A DNA stretch of 64,000 bases from Sphyrna mokarran (lineage: Eukaryota): assembly GCA_024679065.1 (NCBI GenBank), contig JAGIQG010000040.1, forward strand, positions 10,416,001-10,480,000, written 5' to 3'. The notes under the pieces were generated by a model. The model was not told the origin of the DNA. It ran no database searches and saw nothing but the letters and a program-made list of their open reading frames with translations. Shown one piece after another: positions 48,582-62,311 of this stretch (positions are counted from its first letter, which is position 1; the number at the start of each line of letters is the position of its first letter). The position numbers and the translations under genes are program-made.

Positions 48582-49509
48582 TATGCACGCACTTTCAGAC
48601 AATATATAAAGACATAAAAACACTCAAACAAGGACACAGAAACACGGATACACAGAGGAGACACTAATGCTGAGACAAACTCAGACACACATACACACAC
48701 ACACTGCCTCTCAGCTAAATACACACATTCAGATAAACAAACAGGCACAGACACACAGAAGCAGAGCTTCCGAAATAAATTTCAGCCAGGATGGGATGGT
48801 AAACCTGGCTCAGGATGACACTCTTGAACCCCATAGGCGTGTGCCATCTTCCACAGTCAGCTGCTCTCTGTCTCTCCAATACGGTACAATTCCGGCTGTA
48901 ACAGCCTTTTGGATTCCCCCATCAGCACGAGCTACTTCAGTTTATTCAGGACTGGGTATTTTTTCCCTCGACAGCTGAATATTATTGGCTGTCATTGGGA
49001 GACTTTTGATAAAGTTCATGATTAACGTCTCTTCCATTGGGAATACAAGTGTCTGTTAATTGTAACCAACTCAAGGCATCTGCCTTCGCAATTCGGCCGC
49101 CTAGTTGCCCGTGTTCAGAAGGCAATTAAGCGTCCTGGAATCACGGTTAGGCCTGACCACAGAACGACTACAGATTCCCTTCCCTGGGACATTGGCGAAC
49201 CAGAATTTTTTTTGAAAATTGACAATGTTGTTTTATGGTCACCAGCGGATTCTGAATTCCAGATATATTTATTCAAATTCTGCCGAGATAGGATTGGAAC
49301 ACGGGTGCCCAGAACATTAGCTGAATTTTTGTATTATTGATCTAGTGATAAAACTACCAGTCTGCACCCTGAGTGTACGCACCCTGAGTTCCCGTAACCA
49401 AGACACACTAAGTTATAAAAGCCTGCAGGGCCACCGGATTGGACAGCATTAAATACTCTCAATCAGGGAACTCATATTCCAATAACTCCACCTGATGGTT
49501 ATCATTAAA

Positions 49510-50905
49510 TATGTCTCCGCGCCACTTTCTGTGTTTCTTTCTGTCTGTCTGTCTTTCTCTTTCTCTTTGTCACTCTTTCCTTGTTTCTCCCTGTGCCTCT
49601 GTCTCTCTTTCGATGTTTCTCTCTGTATCTTTCTGTCTGTCTCCCTTCCCCCCACTCCCCCTCTCTCTACTCTGTTCCTCTGTCTCCCCTGCTCCCTCTC
49701 AGTCTCACTCTCATTCCCCCACTCTCTGCCCCCTTTTACTAATTTGTCTGTCTGTCTCTCTCGCCCTTTCCCCCCTCTCTCGCTCTGTCTCTTGTTTTTT
49801 TTTGTTTTTATTATACCCATTCATTCTCACTATTTCCCTTTTGTTCCCGCTCTCTGTCTCTATATCTCTGTTTCTCTCTGTCTTTGGCTATTTCGCTCTG
49901 CCTCACTTTTTGTCTCCCGTTTTCTCTTCATCTCCCTTTCCTCTCTTATTACAACTTCCAATCTGTCTTCCTTCTCATTCCCTGTATATCAACGTTGGCA
50001 TTTTCTCCACTCTTTATCCCTGTATCTCTCACTCTGTGAGAGCCACTCTCTGTCTCTGTTCTTTCTCTCTGTCTGTCTGTTTCTTTCCCTGTACCTGTTA
50101 GAAACTCTTTAAAACTCTGCTGTCTTCCATGTCTTTGTGTCTTTCCCTCTCTCTCTGCCAGTCTCTCTCTCTCTCTCTCTCTATCACGCTCACTGTTGCT
50201 AACACTGTCCTCTTCCTCTCTATCTGTAACTATTTCTGATTCTATGAGGGTGTTTTGGAGTTTAAGCGTGAATGCCCGACAGAAAGAGTCAGGAGTTTTG
50301 TATTTGTTGTTTCCTGTCAGGGTGTATTGAGTTGAATTGTATTGCTTCTTTTTTGTGTTTCTGTGCCTCCCCCCCTCTCTCTCTCTGTCTGTCTTTTGTT
50401 CTTTTTGTTTCCATTATACTCATTCAGTCTCACTCTATCCCATTCTCTCCCACTTCGTATCTCGATATCTTTATTTCTATCTGTGTCTGGCTATTTTCCT
50501 CTGCCTCACTTTTTGTCTCCTATCTTCCTTCCATCTCCCTTTCCCTCTCTTATAACAACCTCCAGTCTGTCTTTTTCTATCTCCCTTTCTCGTTCCCTGT
50601 GTATCACCCTCACCATTTTCTCCACTCTTTATCCCTTTCTCTCTCGCTTTGTGAGAACCTCTCTCTGTCTGTGTTCTTTCTCTCTGTCTATTTCTTTCTC
50701 TGTATCTGTTAGAAATTCTTTCAAAATCAAGTTATCCTTGTTTTTGTACCTTTCCCTCTCTCTGCCAATCTCTCTCAATCTCTCTATCACTCACATTGTT
50801 TCTAACACTCTCCTCCCTCTGTCCCTATCTATAACTATTTCTGTTTCTGTGAGAGTGTTTTGTTGTTTACCGTATGAATGCCCAACAGAAATAGTCAGGG
50901 GTTAA
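49510..50905. repeat. CT-rich low-complexity tandem duplication (two diverged units)
   Basis: Shared blocks, e.g. ggctatttt..ctctgcctcactttttgtctcc and cgt.tgaatgccc.acagaaa.agtcagg, near 49890/50490 and 50270/50880. Confidence 0.7.
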
Positions 50906-51234
50906 AGAACAAAGAACAAAACAGAACGGGAAACAGGCCCTTCGGCCCAACGAGTCCGCGCCGCCACCTCAATGTTCACACTTCTACCCATGATCCCTGT
51001 TTATATTTATAGATCTATGTATCAGAACTAAATTTGCAAGACAATTTAGGGAGAAATTGTTTTGCCAATCAGCCTAAGAGCACATCGTTGGGGTGTGGGA
51101 GGAAACCGGAGCCCCTAGAGAAAACCCACGTAACACGGGGAGAATGTGCAAACTCCCACAGACACGGGCCCAAATCCATGTATTTGCACAGCACAGCGAT
51201 AGTCACTGAGCTGTCTTGTGGTTGTAGTTTCCTG

Positions 51235-52136
51235 TCAAGGTGTCTTGAGTTGAAGAATAGCAGTAAGGGGATATTGCAGTAGATCTTTTAGCTGCTGTCT
51301 GAAGAGAGTCTGTGTCACAGCATAAATGACAGTGTTTGTGCAGCAACTTGTGAGTTGTAGTATGAAGCCCAATTCCATTACAAAAAGATGCAACCTGATT
51401 GACTGATAGCCCAAATTATACATCCGAATCCATATTGAATAAACCATTAATATCGACCATAAGACGATGAAATTGGCTGAGATAACAAACAGTAAAATGA
51501 TGGATTTCCTTCGACTCTCCATCTCTGGATCTCTGGGATTCTCCCCATTTTTGTGAGCCTGGAGTCTCCTGCGGGCTCTGCTGCTCACTAAAATGTGCCT
51601 GATGGTGAGAGCATTGAGCAGCAGAATCAGGGCAAATGGGACACACGGGGTTATAATGTTGTGGAGAAATTCGATTGTTCCCCAGACAGGAGATTCTGCA
51701 GCTTCCCATGTGAAACCACAAAACCAGGGGTTGTTCACCAGTTCATAGCGATTTAATAACATAAAATACCAGAAAATGTTCTTTAAAAAGCTCAGCGCCG
51801 TCACTGTTCCCAGAACCACAGCCGCTGATTTCTCAGTGCAATATTTACTTTTCAGCTTGGGGCAGCAAATGGCCACAAATCGATCAAAGGTGAAAGTGAC
51901 AGTGAACCAGACAGAACAGTCAGTGGCTGCATAAAGCAGGACAGCGTGGATGTTACACACGGGGACTGATAGCAGAAAATAAAACTTTCTCCAATAAACG
52001 ATGGGAATGTGTCTCAATATCAGGTCGAGGATAACAACTAGCAGATCCCCCGCTGACATGGCCACCAGGTAACGAGTGACACATCTGGACAGACCACAGT
52101 TTCTGCTCATCAATGTCACAATTGTGATTACATTCA
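51235..52136 (-). CDS. GPR139/GPR142-like class A GPCR, exon 2
   Basis: TM1-end to TM7: NVITIVTL, YLVAMSAGDLL, SVWFTVTFTFDRFVAIC, PFALILLLN, CCTNTVIY. Acceptor ttcctgacag. Confidence 0.88.
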
Positions 52137-52264
52137 CTGTCAGGAAGGAAATGAAGAACAACATTAGATATGATTCAGGGGAATAAGTCACCATTTCAAC
52201 TGCAGATGGAACAAAAATTTTTAAAAATGATTACACAAACTGAATCATTTAAATCTCTTTTGAT

Positions 52265-53240
52265 AGAACACAGATCATAGGACACTACAGCACAAACAGG
52301 TCCTTTGGCCCACAGTTGCACTGATTCTATCCCTACCTACTAGGTCTACCGATAAACCTCAATCCCATTAAATCCCATGTACACATCCAAATGTCTCTTG
52401 GAAGACCCCAAAGAGGTCGCCACCACTACTACTGATGGCAGCTGATTCCCTTACCCACCGCCCTCTGAGTGAAAAACCTACCCCTGACATCTCCAATGTA
52501 CTTACTCCCCAGCACCTTAAACCTGAATCTTCTCACAGCGACTATTTCAGCCCTGGGGAATAGCCTGTGAATCCTCCCTATCTATACCTCTCAACATTTT
52601 ATAAAACTCTATCAGGTCACCTCTCATCCTTCGTCTCTCCAGGCAGAAAAGACCGAGCCCCCTCAACCTACCCTCATTAGGCATGCCACCCAATCCTGGC
52701 AACATCCTTGTAAATCTTCTCTGCACCCTTTCAAAAGCTTCCACATCTTTCCTGTAAAGAGGCGACCAGAACTGCTCACGGCACTCCAAGTGGGGTGTGA
52801 CTACAGTCTTATAAAGCTGCAGCCTTATCTCCTGACTTCTAAACTCAATTCCTTGATTGATGAAGGCCAGTACACTATCTGCCTTCTTGACCACACCCTC
52901 CACCTGCAATGCTGATGTAAGAGCCCTATGGACCCGGACCCCAAGGTCTTTCTAAACCTCGACATTGCTAAGAGGCTTACCCTTGATATTATATTCCTTC
53001 ATCCCATTGGATCCGCCGAAATGGACTTCTACACATTTGTTCGGGTTGAAGTCCACCTGCCAGTTCTCCGACCAATCATGCATTCTATCTATGTCACGTT
53101 CAACCTCTGACATCCCTACAGACTATCCACAACATCACCAACCATAGTGTCATCGGCAAACTTACTAACCCATCCCTCCAATTCCTTGTCCTGGCCATTT
53201 AGAAAAATTACAAACAGCAAGAGTTCCAGAACAGGCCCCT
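52265..53240 (-). mobile_element. CR1 LINE 3' fragment in the GPCR intron
   Basis: SKFADDT, PHLEC.EQFWSP and RMRGDLIE motifs. Confidence 0.8.
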
Positions 53241-55651
53241 TGTTTTTAATCATCCGGTGCATCTTTTGAATCATGAGAGGAAAGTGTAACATTTGGAGGA
53301 AATCCACCCAAACACGGGAAGAATGTCCAAACTCTCCACAGACAATGACCCAAGCCTAGGATTGAAGCCAGGTCCCTGATGCTGTGAGTCAGTAGTGCTA
53401 ACTACTGTGCCACCGTGCTGCTCCATGCTATTTTGGAAAGAGTTTTCCAGGGGTCCTCAACATTGACCCTCACTCAGCTACAGGTAAATAGTCTCTCTAC
53501 TTGGTGGGGGATTTGGAGAGTGAGAAGATTTTGGGGGTAACCCTGACAAAAAAAAAATCCTGTGAAATCCTGTAGGTAGTAATCTGTCACTTTTCAGACA
53601 GCTTATTGACAATCCCTGCAGCAGAGCTCGTACCAAACAGTGTTGATTTCTCCCATTCCTCTGGAATCTAACAGCAGTTGGCAGAGAGAGAGAGAAATCC
53701 TAATGCCTTGACAGCTCAGAATCTCTATTATACTTACAAAAGCCTGTACTCTGGAGAGGAGACCACAGAGTTGTGGCTGCTGTTCGCATAACACAGGAAG
53801 AAACAGTAATCTCACACTCGAATGACGCAGAGCACAACTATCAGGGTTTGCTTTCAATGCTTCAGGGTTCAGTGTTTAGCACAAGCCATTGTGCCCAGTG
53901 TATTTGCAGCTGGTCCACTATGACCTGCTGGACCATGAAGCTCAGTGAGTCTTCTCTCAGTAGGAAAGTTGTTGATCGATGCACCAAGTAAGAAAAACTC
54001 AAACCAAGGCCACTACCAAAGGAAAACCAATCAGCCTGCCTTAATGAATATTGTTCACTGACACATTTGTCCAATATCATGTGATGCAGCAAAAGAATAG
54101 TTATGACATGAATCAGTTCCAGCCTCCCAGATTGCCTGGATTCACTACAGTTCACCTGTCTCTGCAACAATCCACCGATACCATCGCCCTGGACCTACAG
54201 TCAACAATGTGACACTGACTCTTATTTATCGAGCACAGCTCAACCATTAACAACATTAATCCAATGAAACTCATGTACAAAGTCAGTGGCCTGGGGGCTA
54301 TGCTCATCCCACTGCAATTTGATCCTGACAGACAGCAATAAATAAGGACAGTCAAAACACCTCCTCCACAATCATTTTCATAAGCGGTGTCCCACAACAC
54401 GGTGTCCTCAGCCCCTTACTATACTCCTTATAGACCGATGACTGTATGACCAAATTCCCCTCCAACGTGATATCCAAGTTTGCTGATGACACCACTGCAG
54501 TGGGTCAGATCTCAAACAATGTTGACAACAGGAACAGGGAAGAGACGGAGAATCTGGTAAACTGGTGGGAGCATAATAACTGGAAAGTGACTGGAAAGTG
54601 ATGGGTTTGGGTTGGTTGCGTTGTCAGGGATCAGATTGAGGAGGAGGCGGGTTTGAGTGGAATGTTAGAATGGAACCAATGTAACAACCAAAGGAATCAC
54701 ATTAGATGTGTTACAGTGGCCAATGGGAACAAGCTGTAAGCTATCTGACCAATGAGAAAATGGTGTGGTGATCAGATGACTCAATTTCAGTCGGAAGCTG
54801 CTGGTGTTTGTGGGAGTTTGGACTGACCCAGGGTGAGGCCTCGAGTAAGAGTTATGAAGTTTCTTTATTAAAGCTTTTTATTTGTTTTACAAGTTGGAAA
54901 AAAGTTTTGTTTCATTTCATTGTCAGGAACTAAAGAATCCCTTCTACTGAATGTGCACAGAATACTGAGGATGGGGGAGGGGAGTAGTGTGGGGATGGGG
55001 GGAGGTTAGGGCGTGTGGCGCTGTCCCATAGGGGCATGGTCTGCACCTTTAAAATAAAATCCAAAGTCACCAGAGTTTTCCCCACTATTTTGTTTTAGTG
55101 AATCTATGATCTGATGTAAGTTGGCCGGGTGGTAGCAGGCACAGCAGAATTCTCCAGTGGAATAGGCCTTCTGGACAATTGCCAAGTGAACCCTTAACTA
55201 TCAGAGGCACAACAAGTACAATACTACCCAATCCACTCTTCCCCCTTTCCATTACCAAGCATCCTCTCCCCACAAGCCGCACCCCCAGCCCATGCTCTAA
55301 TCTATCACTATTCAAAACTCTGTCTCCTCGAGTTCATCAAGTCCTAACATCCACCACACTCTCAGGTAATGAATTCAACAGATTCATCACTCATTGAGAG
55401 AAGTGATTTCTCCCCATGTCTGTCTTAAATCTAACTGTTTCAGGTGATCGGGCCCTGCTTCTGGTTGTACTCCTGGCTCAAGCACTGATGGATCTGCCCT
55501 GAAGGCAGTTGCGTTTTTTAAATATAATCTTAATGACCCATCAACAACCCCGGACTCAGACTGGCTTGAGGTTGGCAACAATAACTTCAAATAGGTCCCC
55601 TTAGCTGTGTGTTTTATTTAAATTCATGGGCTGGCACAATGCAAAACCAAG

Positions 55652-56482
55652 ATGTGGAGATGCTGGCATTGGACTGTGATAAGTACAGTAAGAAATCTCA
55701 CAACACCAGGTTAAAATGCAACAGATTTATTTGGCAGCAGAAGCTTTTCGAGCGCTGCTCCTTCATCAGGTGAGTGGAAGTTCTGTTCACAAACAAGGCA
55801 TATAAAGACACAAATTCAATTTACAAAATAATAATTGGAATGTGAGTCTTTATAGGTAATCAAGCCTTAAAGATACAGACAATGTGATTGGAGAGAGCAC
55901 CAAGTGCAGGTTAAAGAGTTTTGTATTGTCTCCAGTCAGGACAGTTAGTGAGATTTTGCAAACCCAGGTTTGTCGATCACCAGGAGCGTTCTCTTCCAGT
56001 TGGGGAATACTTCAGCAGTCACTGGCATTCGGCCTCAGATCTTCAGGTAAGCATTCTTTAAAGAGGCATTCAAGACACACGGCAGTGCAGAATCATTGAA
56101 CAGAGACTGATAGCCAAGTTCCGCACACATGAAGACAGCCTCAACCCTGATCTTGGGTTTAAGTTACGTTATCTGTAATTCCCACGACTTGCCTGGACTT
56201 GCAAAAATTTCACTAACTGCCCTGGCTGGAGACAATACACACCTCTTTAACGTGTGCTTAACCCTCTCTCCACTCACATTGTCTGTATCTTTCAGACTTG
56301 CTTACCTGTAAAGACTCACATTCGAACCATTATTTTGTTAATTGAGTTTGTGTCTTTATATGTCCTATTTTTGAACACAACTCCTCACTCGCCTGAAGAA
56401 AGAACAACATTCCAAAAGCCAAAGGTGCCAAATAAATCTGTTGGACTACAGTGGTGTTGTGTGACTTCGTACTGTGCTGACC
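55652..56482. mobile_element. Penelope-like relic with inverted termini (same family as 12990-13878; fragment also at 4385-4570)
   Basis: Same terminal sequences and GIY-YIG remnant; hammerhead-like CTGATGA..GAAA on the minus strand at about 55741-55775. Confidence 0.75.
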
Positions 56483-56868
56483 ACAATGCAAAACATACCA
56501 TGCCGGTTACCAAGGCAACTCCTTTGTTTTTGGCCCCTGGAATAAATGTTGCAACTTAAAGTTTCTGTGTACTCTGCAATTTAAACATCTCAGCGTCAAA
56601 CAAAAACAAAATTTTAAAGAGATCGCATACTTTTCCCCTTCCTATCGGTTTTCACAATTCTTTTTCATCTTTCTAAACATCTTTTCCATCTTTACAAACT
56701 CAACTGCACAACACAGGCATCATTAGGACAGTGATCAGCGCTTTGTACATGTGATAACTCAATAAGGACGCAGACCATAAGCAACAGTAGCAAACAGGGT
56801 AGAGCAGACGGCAAGAGTGGCAGAGTTAAATACAGTCGACACCATTAATAATCAGTGGAGATACTTAC

Positions 56869-57043
56869 CAGGGACACCAACAATAGCCAGGATTGGATAG
56901 TAAAAGTATCGAACCAGTTTCAGTACATATCCAACACGCTCAGTTGTAGACAGCCAATCTTGAGAAAGAATGTGAAGTATCGAAGATAAACTCCTCTCAA
57001 TTGTTGTAACATTCTGATCTGTGTCCCTCAGATGCTGAACCAT
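56869..57043 (-). CDS. GPR139-like GPCR, exon 1 (alternative upstream ATG at 57085)
   Basis: MVQHLRDTDQNVT...YFYYPILAIVGVP; phase-1 donor GTAAGT splices in frame (GVP-V-NVIT) to exon 2. Confidence 0.8.
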
Positions 57044-58399
57044 TGTGGGAACATCCAGATCTACTTTTTGTGGATTCAGATCCATTTCCGAAAGCTTGCA
57101 ATTTCTTTCTCCCAACTTCGATACCTCGACTCCTTCTCTGTGGAGTTGCTTATCACTGTGACGCTCCCACTGACACCGTCCATAACTCCTTTATGAAGCA
57201 TGGATGGGAATGCTCCAGAGACACGATTACTACTGTTGAATTAATTCCGACATTAATTACAGTCACTGAACAAACAGGTTAATATTTTCCATCCAAAATA
57301 TTTTTTGTAAATGCATCACAAAAAAAGTCAGGGTTTGTGTAAGCGTTCCAGACAGAAGGAATTTTGGGGAAAAAAAATCGGAAGGATTGACCAGTATCTT
57401 TCAATGCTGCTGGGAGATAGGATTGTGACAAAAAAAAAAGAAACACATTATGCAAATGTTCCCCTAACCTGGGAGAACATTTTAAACCTGGAAATGTAGA
57501 GCTGTCAGCATCGCATCAGTGAAAAAGTGGGGAAAGTCTGAACCCAAAATCTTGGAGAAAATAACTTGTGATTTCTAACACCATGGGTGGATCCATTGTG
57601 ATTTGTCATTTATATTAATGATTTGGATGAGAATTTAGGAGGTATGGTTAATAAGTTTGCAAATGACACCAAGATTGGTGGCACAGTGGATAGTGAAAAA
57701 AAAGTTATCTCGGATTGTAAAGGGATCTTGATCAATTGGGCCAGTGGGTTAATGAAAGGCAGATGGAGTTTAATTTGGATAAATGTGAGGTGATGCATTT
57801 GATAGACTGAACCAGGACAGCAATTAGTTAATGCTGAGGTATTGGGGACAGTTAAAGAACCAAGAAATCTGGGAGAGTACAGGTTCATAGCTCCTTGAAA
57901 GTGGAGTCACAGGTGGCTACAGTGGTGAAGAAGACATTCGGTATACTTGTTTCATTGGTCAGAACAGTGAATAAAGGAGTGACGACAAATATTTCACATC
58001 AATAATAAAAAATAAATGGTGATGATCATGGCTAAGAAGGGAGCTGCTGGCTGCGTATTAAGAGATCAAAATATGCAAATTCCAGGTGAAAATAAATGTA
58101 AGGGACAGTGTGATGAAAGCAGAGCTGTGATAAGCTGATGTTGGTCAATAGATTTACCACAGTAAGGTCCAGATCAGTTCTCTGCTAACATTGCTTTTTG
58201 AATGTGGGCAGCTACAGTGAAATTTAATGCAGTTGAAGGCAACTTACTCAGTTTTTACAAGAGAAGCCAGCAAGGGCAATGTAAGTATGAATTGGTGTTG
58301 GTCATTGACGGGATTGTTTAACGGGACTCACATTTCTCTCTTCTTATTTATGGTGGCAGAAACATTGAATCACGATTTTCAGGCTATTACTGCGTATTG

Positions 58400-58471
58400 G
58401 GTTCCGTGGTGTAATGGTGAGCATTCTGGACTTTGAACCCAATGATCCGAGTTCAAATCTCGGTGGGACCT
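58400..58471 (+). tRNA. tRNA-Gln(TTG), variant or possible pseudogene
   Basis: GGTTCCGTGGTGTAATGG...CTTTGAA...GTTCAAATCTCGGTGGGACCT; two mismatches in the anticodon stem. Confidence 0.8.
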
Positions 58472-58741
58472 CGTTTTCATATGCAGATGGTTGATTTACT
58501 GAAGAGTGTTTCGTTTAAATTTATTACAAAGCACCAAAGGAGAGCATAATTTGTCAGCCAGTTCAATTGGTATGAGAATGCACAGTATGATAATCCTCTG
58601 GTGCCTGCTGCGTGCAACGTCAGTGTTTTTCGTGCATTCGCTGCTCTTTAACTTCTCTGTTGCAAAAGAAAAGAAGCGGTTGGTGTCACACAATAACAAT
58701 TCGACTCGAGCCTGGCAATTATCGAGAAAGTGTGTGTGTGC

Positions 58742-58781
<40 letters not shown>

Positions 58782-59452
58782 CAGGGAGAGAGAGAGAGTA
58801 AGTGTGTGTGCATGTGTGATGCCCCCGCCTTGCCCCAAATCTTATAAATTGCCGCCCCTCTTCTAAACTTGCCCTAATCTCGTCCGCCTTGATTAAATCA
58901 CTCTTCAATTTCCTTCGCTCCAATGGACAAGAATCCCAGCATCGCAGACCAGAAACTTCTGGCTAATTTGAACTTTTTTAAATAAAATTTACTCCAAAAA
59001 GTTCCTCCATTTGTTTTAACTGAAACTTTTAAAAAAACAATTCTGTGTATTTTGCTTCTTAAAATTAAACATGTTTAAAAGAAATTCTTCAACAGATTTC
59101 GTCAACTTTTTTTTAGGAACAGTTTTCACCATTCTGAAAAAAATGTAGTTTCCATTTCTTTTCGAGAAATTTCCAACTTTTTAGAAGGTAACTTAAACTT
59201 GCTGAAGTATTTTTCCCAAATACTTTAACGAGAATTTGTCATTTTAAAAAATCTTTTTTTTTCAAAAGGACTTAAAGTATTTCAGTCTTTTTAGTCAACA
59301 TTGTTTTTGAAAAATAAGTAACTAAGATAAATATCTTCATAGAAGCTGACTGCATTTGGTCAACATTTCTTTGAATTGGTTGAAAATTAGTGGAAATATA
59401 CTTTTCATCAACAATACTATGGAGTTTATGAACTAATGTGAAAATTACACAA

Positions 59453-59525
59453 CGAGCCAACCAGGAGTCGAACCTGGAATCTTTTGATGCGTAGTCAGAC
59501 GCGTTACCCATTGCGCCACTGGCCC
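59453..59525 (-). tRNA. tRNA-Arg(ACG), variant
   Basis: GGGCCAGTGGCGCAATGG...CTACGCA...GTTCGACTCCTGGTTGGCTCG; C at position 37 and one anticodon-stem mismatch. Confidence 0.85.
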
Positions 59526-59829
59526 ATAGTGAAAAAACACTGCAGCAATATTTACATACTGGTCGGACGCTTCAAAATTGGCAGAAACATGGTCAAAATA
59601 TATTCGATCTAATGAGGAAATGTTGCATAATTGAAATTTTCTATTCTCACTCACAGTCATTCTACTTTGCCTTGAATTCAGTTAACTTGCTGTGTTGGAA
59701 TTCGAACCCTGGTTCTCAAAGCTTCAGCCTACTTCTCCACGTTATCAATCCAGCGTCAACAACATGACTTGAAACTGTACCTCCCGCCAGTGAATCCACG
59801 ACTGAATATTACCTGAATATAGTATCTTA

Positions 59830-61195
59830 CAAAGAACAAAGAACAAAACAGCACGGGAAACAGGCCCTTCGGCCCAACGAGCCCGTGCCGTCACCCCGAT
59901 GTTCCCACCTCTACCCGTGATCCCTGTCTATGTTTATAGATCTATGGATTAAAAAACAAATTTGAGGCAATTTAGGGAGAATTTGTTTCGCCAATTAGCC
60001 TAAAAGCACATCTTTGGGATGTGGGAGGAAACTGGAGCACCCGGAGAAACCCCACGCAAGCACGGGGAGAATGCACAAACTCCCACAGACACAGGCCCAC
60101 ATCCATGTATCTGCACAACACAGCAATAGCCACTGAGCTGTCGTGTTGCCCATCAAATGGTCCAGGTCAAACGTGCACTAACGACGTGAAGCACTAGGAT
60201 ACTCACGAAAAAAATCCAAGAGCAGCCCTCTCACGACCCATTGCTGTATGCCCCTCGTTACACAACAAGGTGAACCAAAGCACGTATAGGATAAAAACAA
60301 GTACATCAATATCATCATCTATTTACACACTTCCCAAGATTCATAATCCCTATTTTAAATCAGTTTTCTATACCCGTCCATTTCCATTCTGTTCATGTGC
60401 CCATCTAAGTATTTCTTAAATAACTCCAGAGTGCCTGCCTCCCCCACTTTACTTGGCAGCGCATTCCATACCCCCATTGCCCTCTGTGTGAAAAAGCTCC
60501 CTCCAGTATCCAAATTATTCCTTACCCCTCTCACCCTAAGCCCGTGACCCCTCGTGCTATTCGAGTCCTTCCTAGGAAAAAGCTTAACCCTGTCTACTCT
60601 ACCTATACCCGTCATAATCTTGTACACCTCTATTACATCTCCTCTAAGTCTACGTCTTTCTAAGGAAAACAGTCCCAATTTGCCTAAACTTTCCTCGTGA
60701 CTCAGACCTTCCATACCACGCAGCATCCTGGTAAACCTCCTCTGCACTCTCTCCAGAGTCTCCACGTCCTTCCGGTAGTAAGGCGACCAGAACTGGACGC
60801 AGTATTCCAAATGAGGTCTAACCAAGGTTTTATACAACTGCAACATTAAAGGCCAGCTCTTGTACTCTATACCCCTTCCTATAAAGGCTAACATACTATA
60901 TGCTTTCTTCACAACCTTCTCCACTTACTCTGCCACCTTCAGAGACTTGTTCACCTGCACCCCCAGGTCCCTCTGCGTTTCTGTACTCTTAATAGGTCTA
61001 ACCTTTATCATATACCTCCCCCCCACACATTCTTTCTCCTGAAATGCATCACCTTGCATTTATCAGGATTAAATTCCATCTGCCATCTGTCTGCCTAAGC
61101 TACCAGCCTATCTATGTCCTGCTGCATCGCCTGACAATGCTCCTCACTATCCGCAAGTCCAGCCATCTTTGTATCGTCTGCAAACTTGCTGATCA
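59830..61195 (-). mobile_element. CR1 ORF2 3' part with V-SINE-like 3'UTR
   Basis: ORFs 60355..60924 and 61095..61295 (SKFADDTK); UTR homologous to 48100-48510. Confidence 0.85.
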
Positions 61196-62221
61196 CAATC
61201 ATGTAACATTGGCTCTTACTTGGGCCTGAAAATACATTCAGAAAAAGACAAAAGTGCTGAAAATTCACGACAAAAATGAGGAGGAAAGAAGACAAACCTA
61301 TTTCGACTCAGCACACATGTTATTAGTTCGTTCAGTGGCTAAAAGAGCAGGACAGAGGCTGGGAATGCTGCGGGAGTAACTCAGCTCCTGACTCCCAAAA
61401 AACATAGAACATAGAACAGTCCAACACAGTACAGACCCTTCGTCCCACGGTGTTGTGCCGAGCTTTGTCCGAACCCAAGACCAAGATCAAGCTATCCCAC
61501 TCCCTATCATTCTGGAGTGCTCCATGTGTCTATCCAATAACCGCTTGAATGTTCCTAAAGTGCCGGACTCCTCTATTACAGCAGGCAGTGCATTCCACAC
61601 ACCAACCACTCTCTGAGTAAAACATCTACCTCGGACATCCCTCCTATATCTCCCATCATGAACCTGGTAATTGTGCTGCCGAGTAACAGCTACATCCATC
61701 CGAGGAATCAGTGGAACAGTCAGGAGTGCGATAGAATATTCTCCACTTGTTTGCCTGATGCAGGAATTCACCAAAGGCCCTCAGACAGCACCTTCCAAAC
61801 ACAAGACCACTTCCACCTGGCAGCATCCACCGCATCCCTCCAGCGCCACACAGACAACAGCACCATCAAGCCTCTCAGCATTCTGTGTGGCGCCAATGTT
61901 ACTTGTCATTTGTCAGCTCAAAACATAAAGGAGCCGACTGCGGACTTTCCAAATCTGAAATCAAAACAGAAAACACTGGGCGATGTCAGTACTTGCGGCA
62001 CTATCTGTGGAGCGAGAATCAGAACTAACTTGTCCCGTCCAGATATCGCATGGCAGGCGCGGACAGGATGGGTGTGCCCATCTGCCCTGTGGGTATGCGA
62101 GTGGGATCTTTCCGTGCTCTTAAACTCTGCCTTTTTCCGGAGCCAGTCACAGAAAGCCATCCTGCCATTTTCACCTCAAACAAATCGCAATATTTGACTT
62201 GGCCAAAAGGAAACCAACGAA

Positions 62222-62311
62222 GGGCTCGTCCGGGATTTGAACCCGGGACCTCTCACATGTTAATGGGCTGAGATACCGTAAGCGAGGATCATACTCCTAG
62301 ACCAACGAGCC
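62222..62311 (-). tRNA. Intron-containing tRNA-Pro-type gene with ACG anticodon (possible pseudogene)
   Basis: GGCTCGTTGGTCTAGGAGTATGATCCTCGCTT-ACG-G[18-nt insert]TGTGAGAGGTCCCGGGTTCAAATCCCGGACGAGCCC. Confidence 0.8.
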
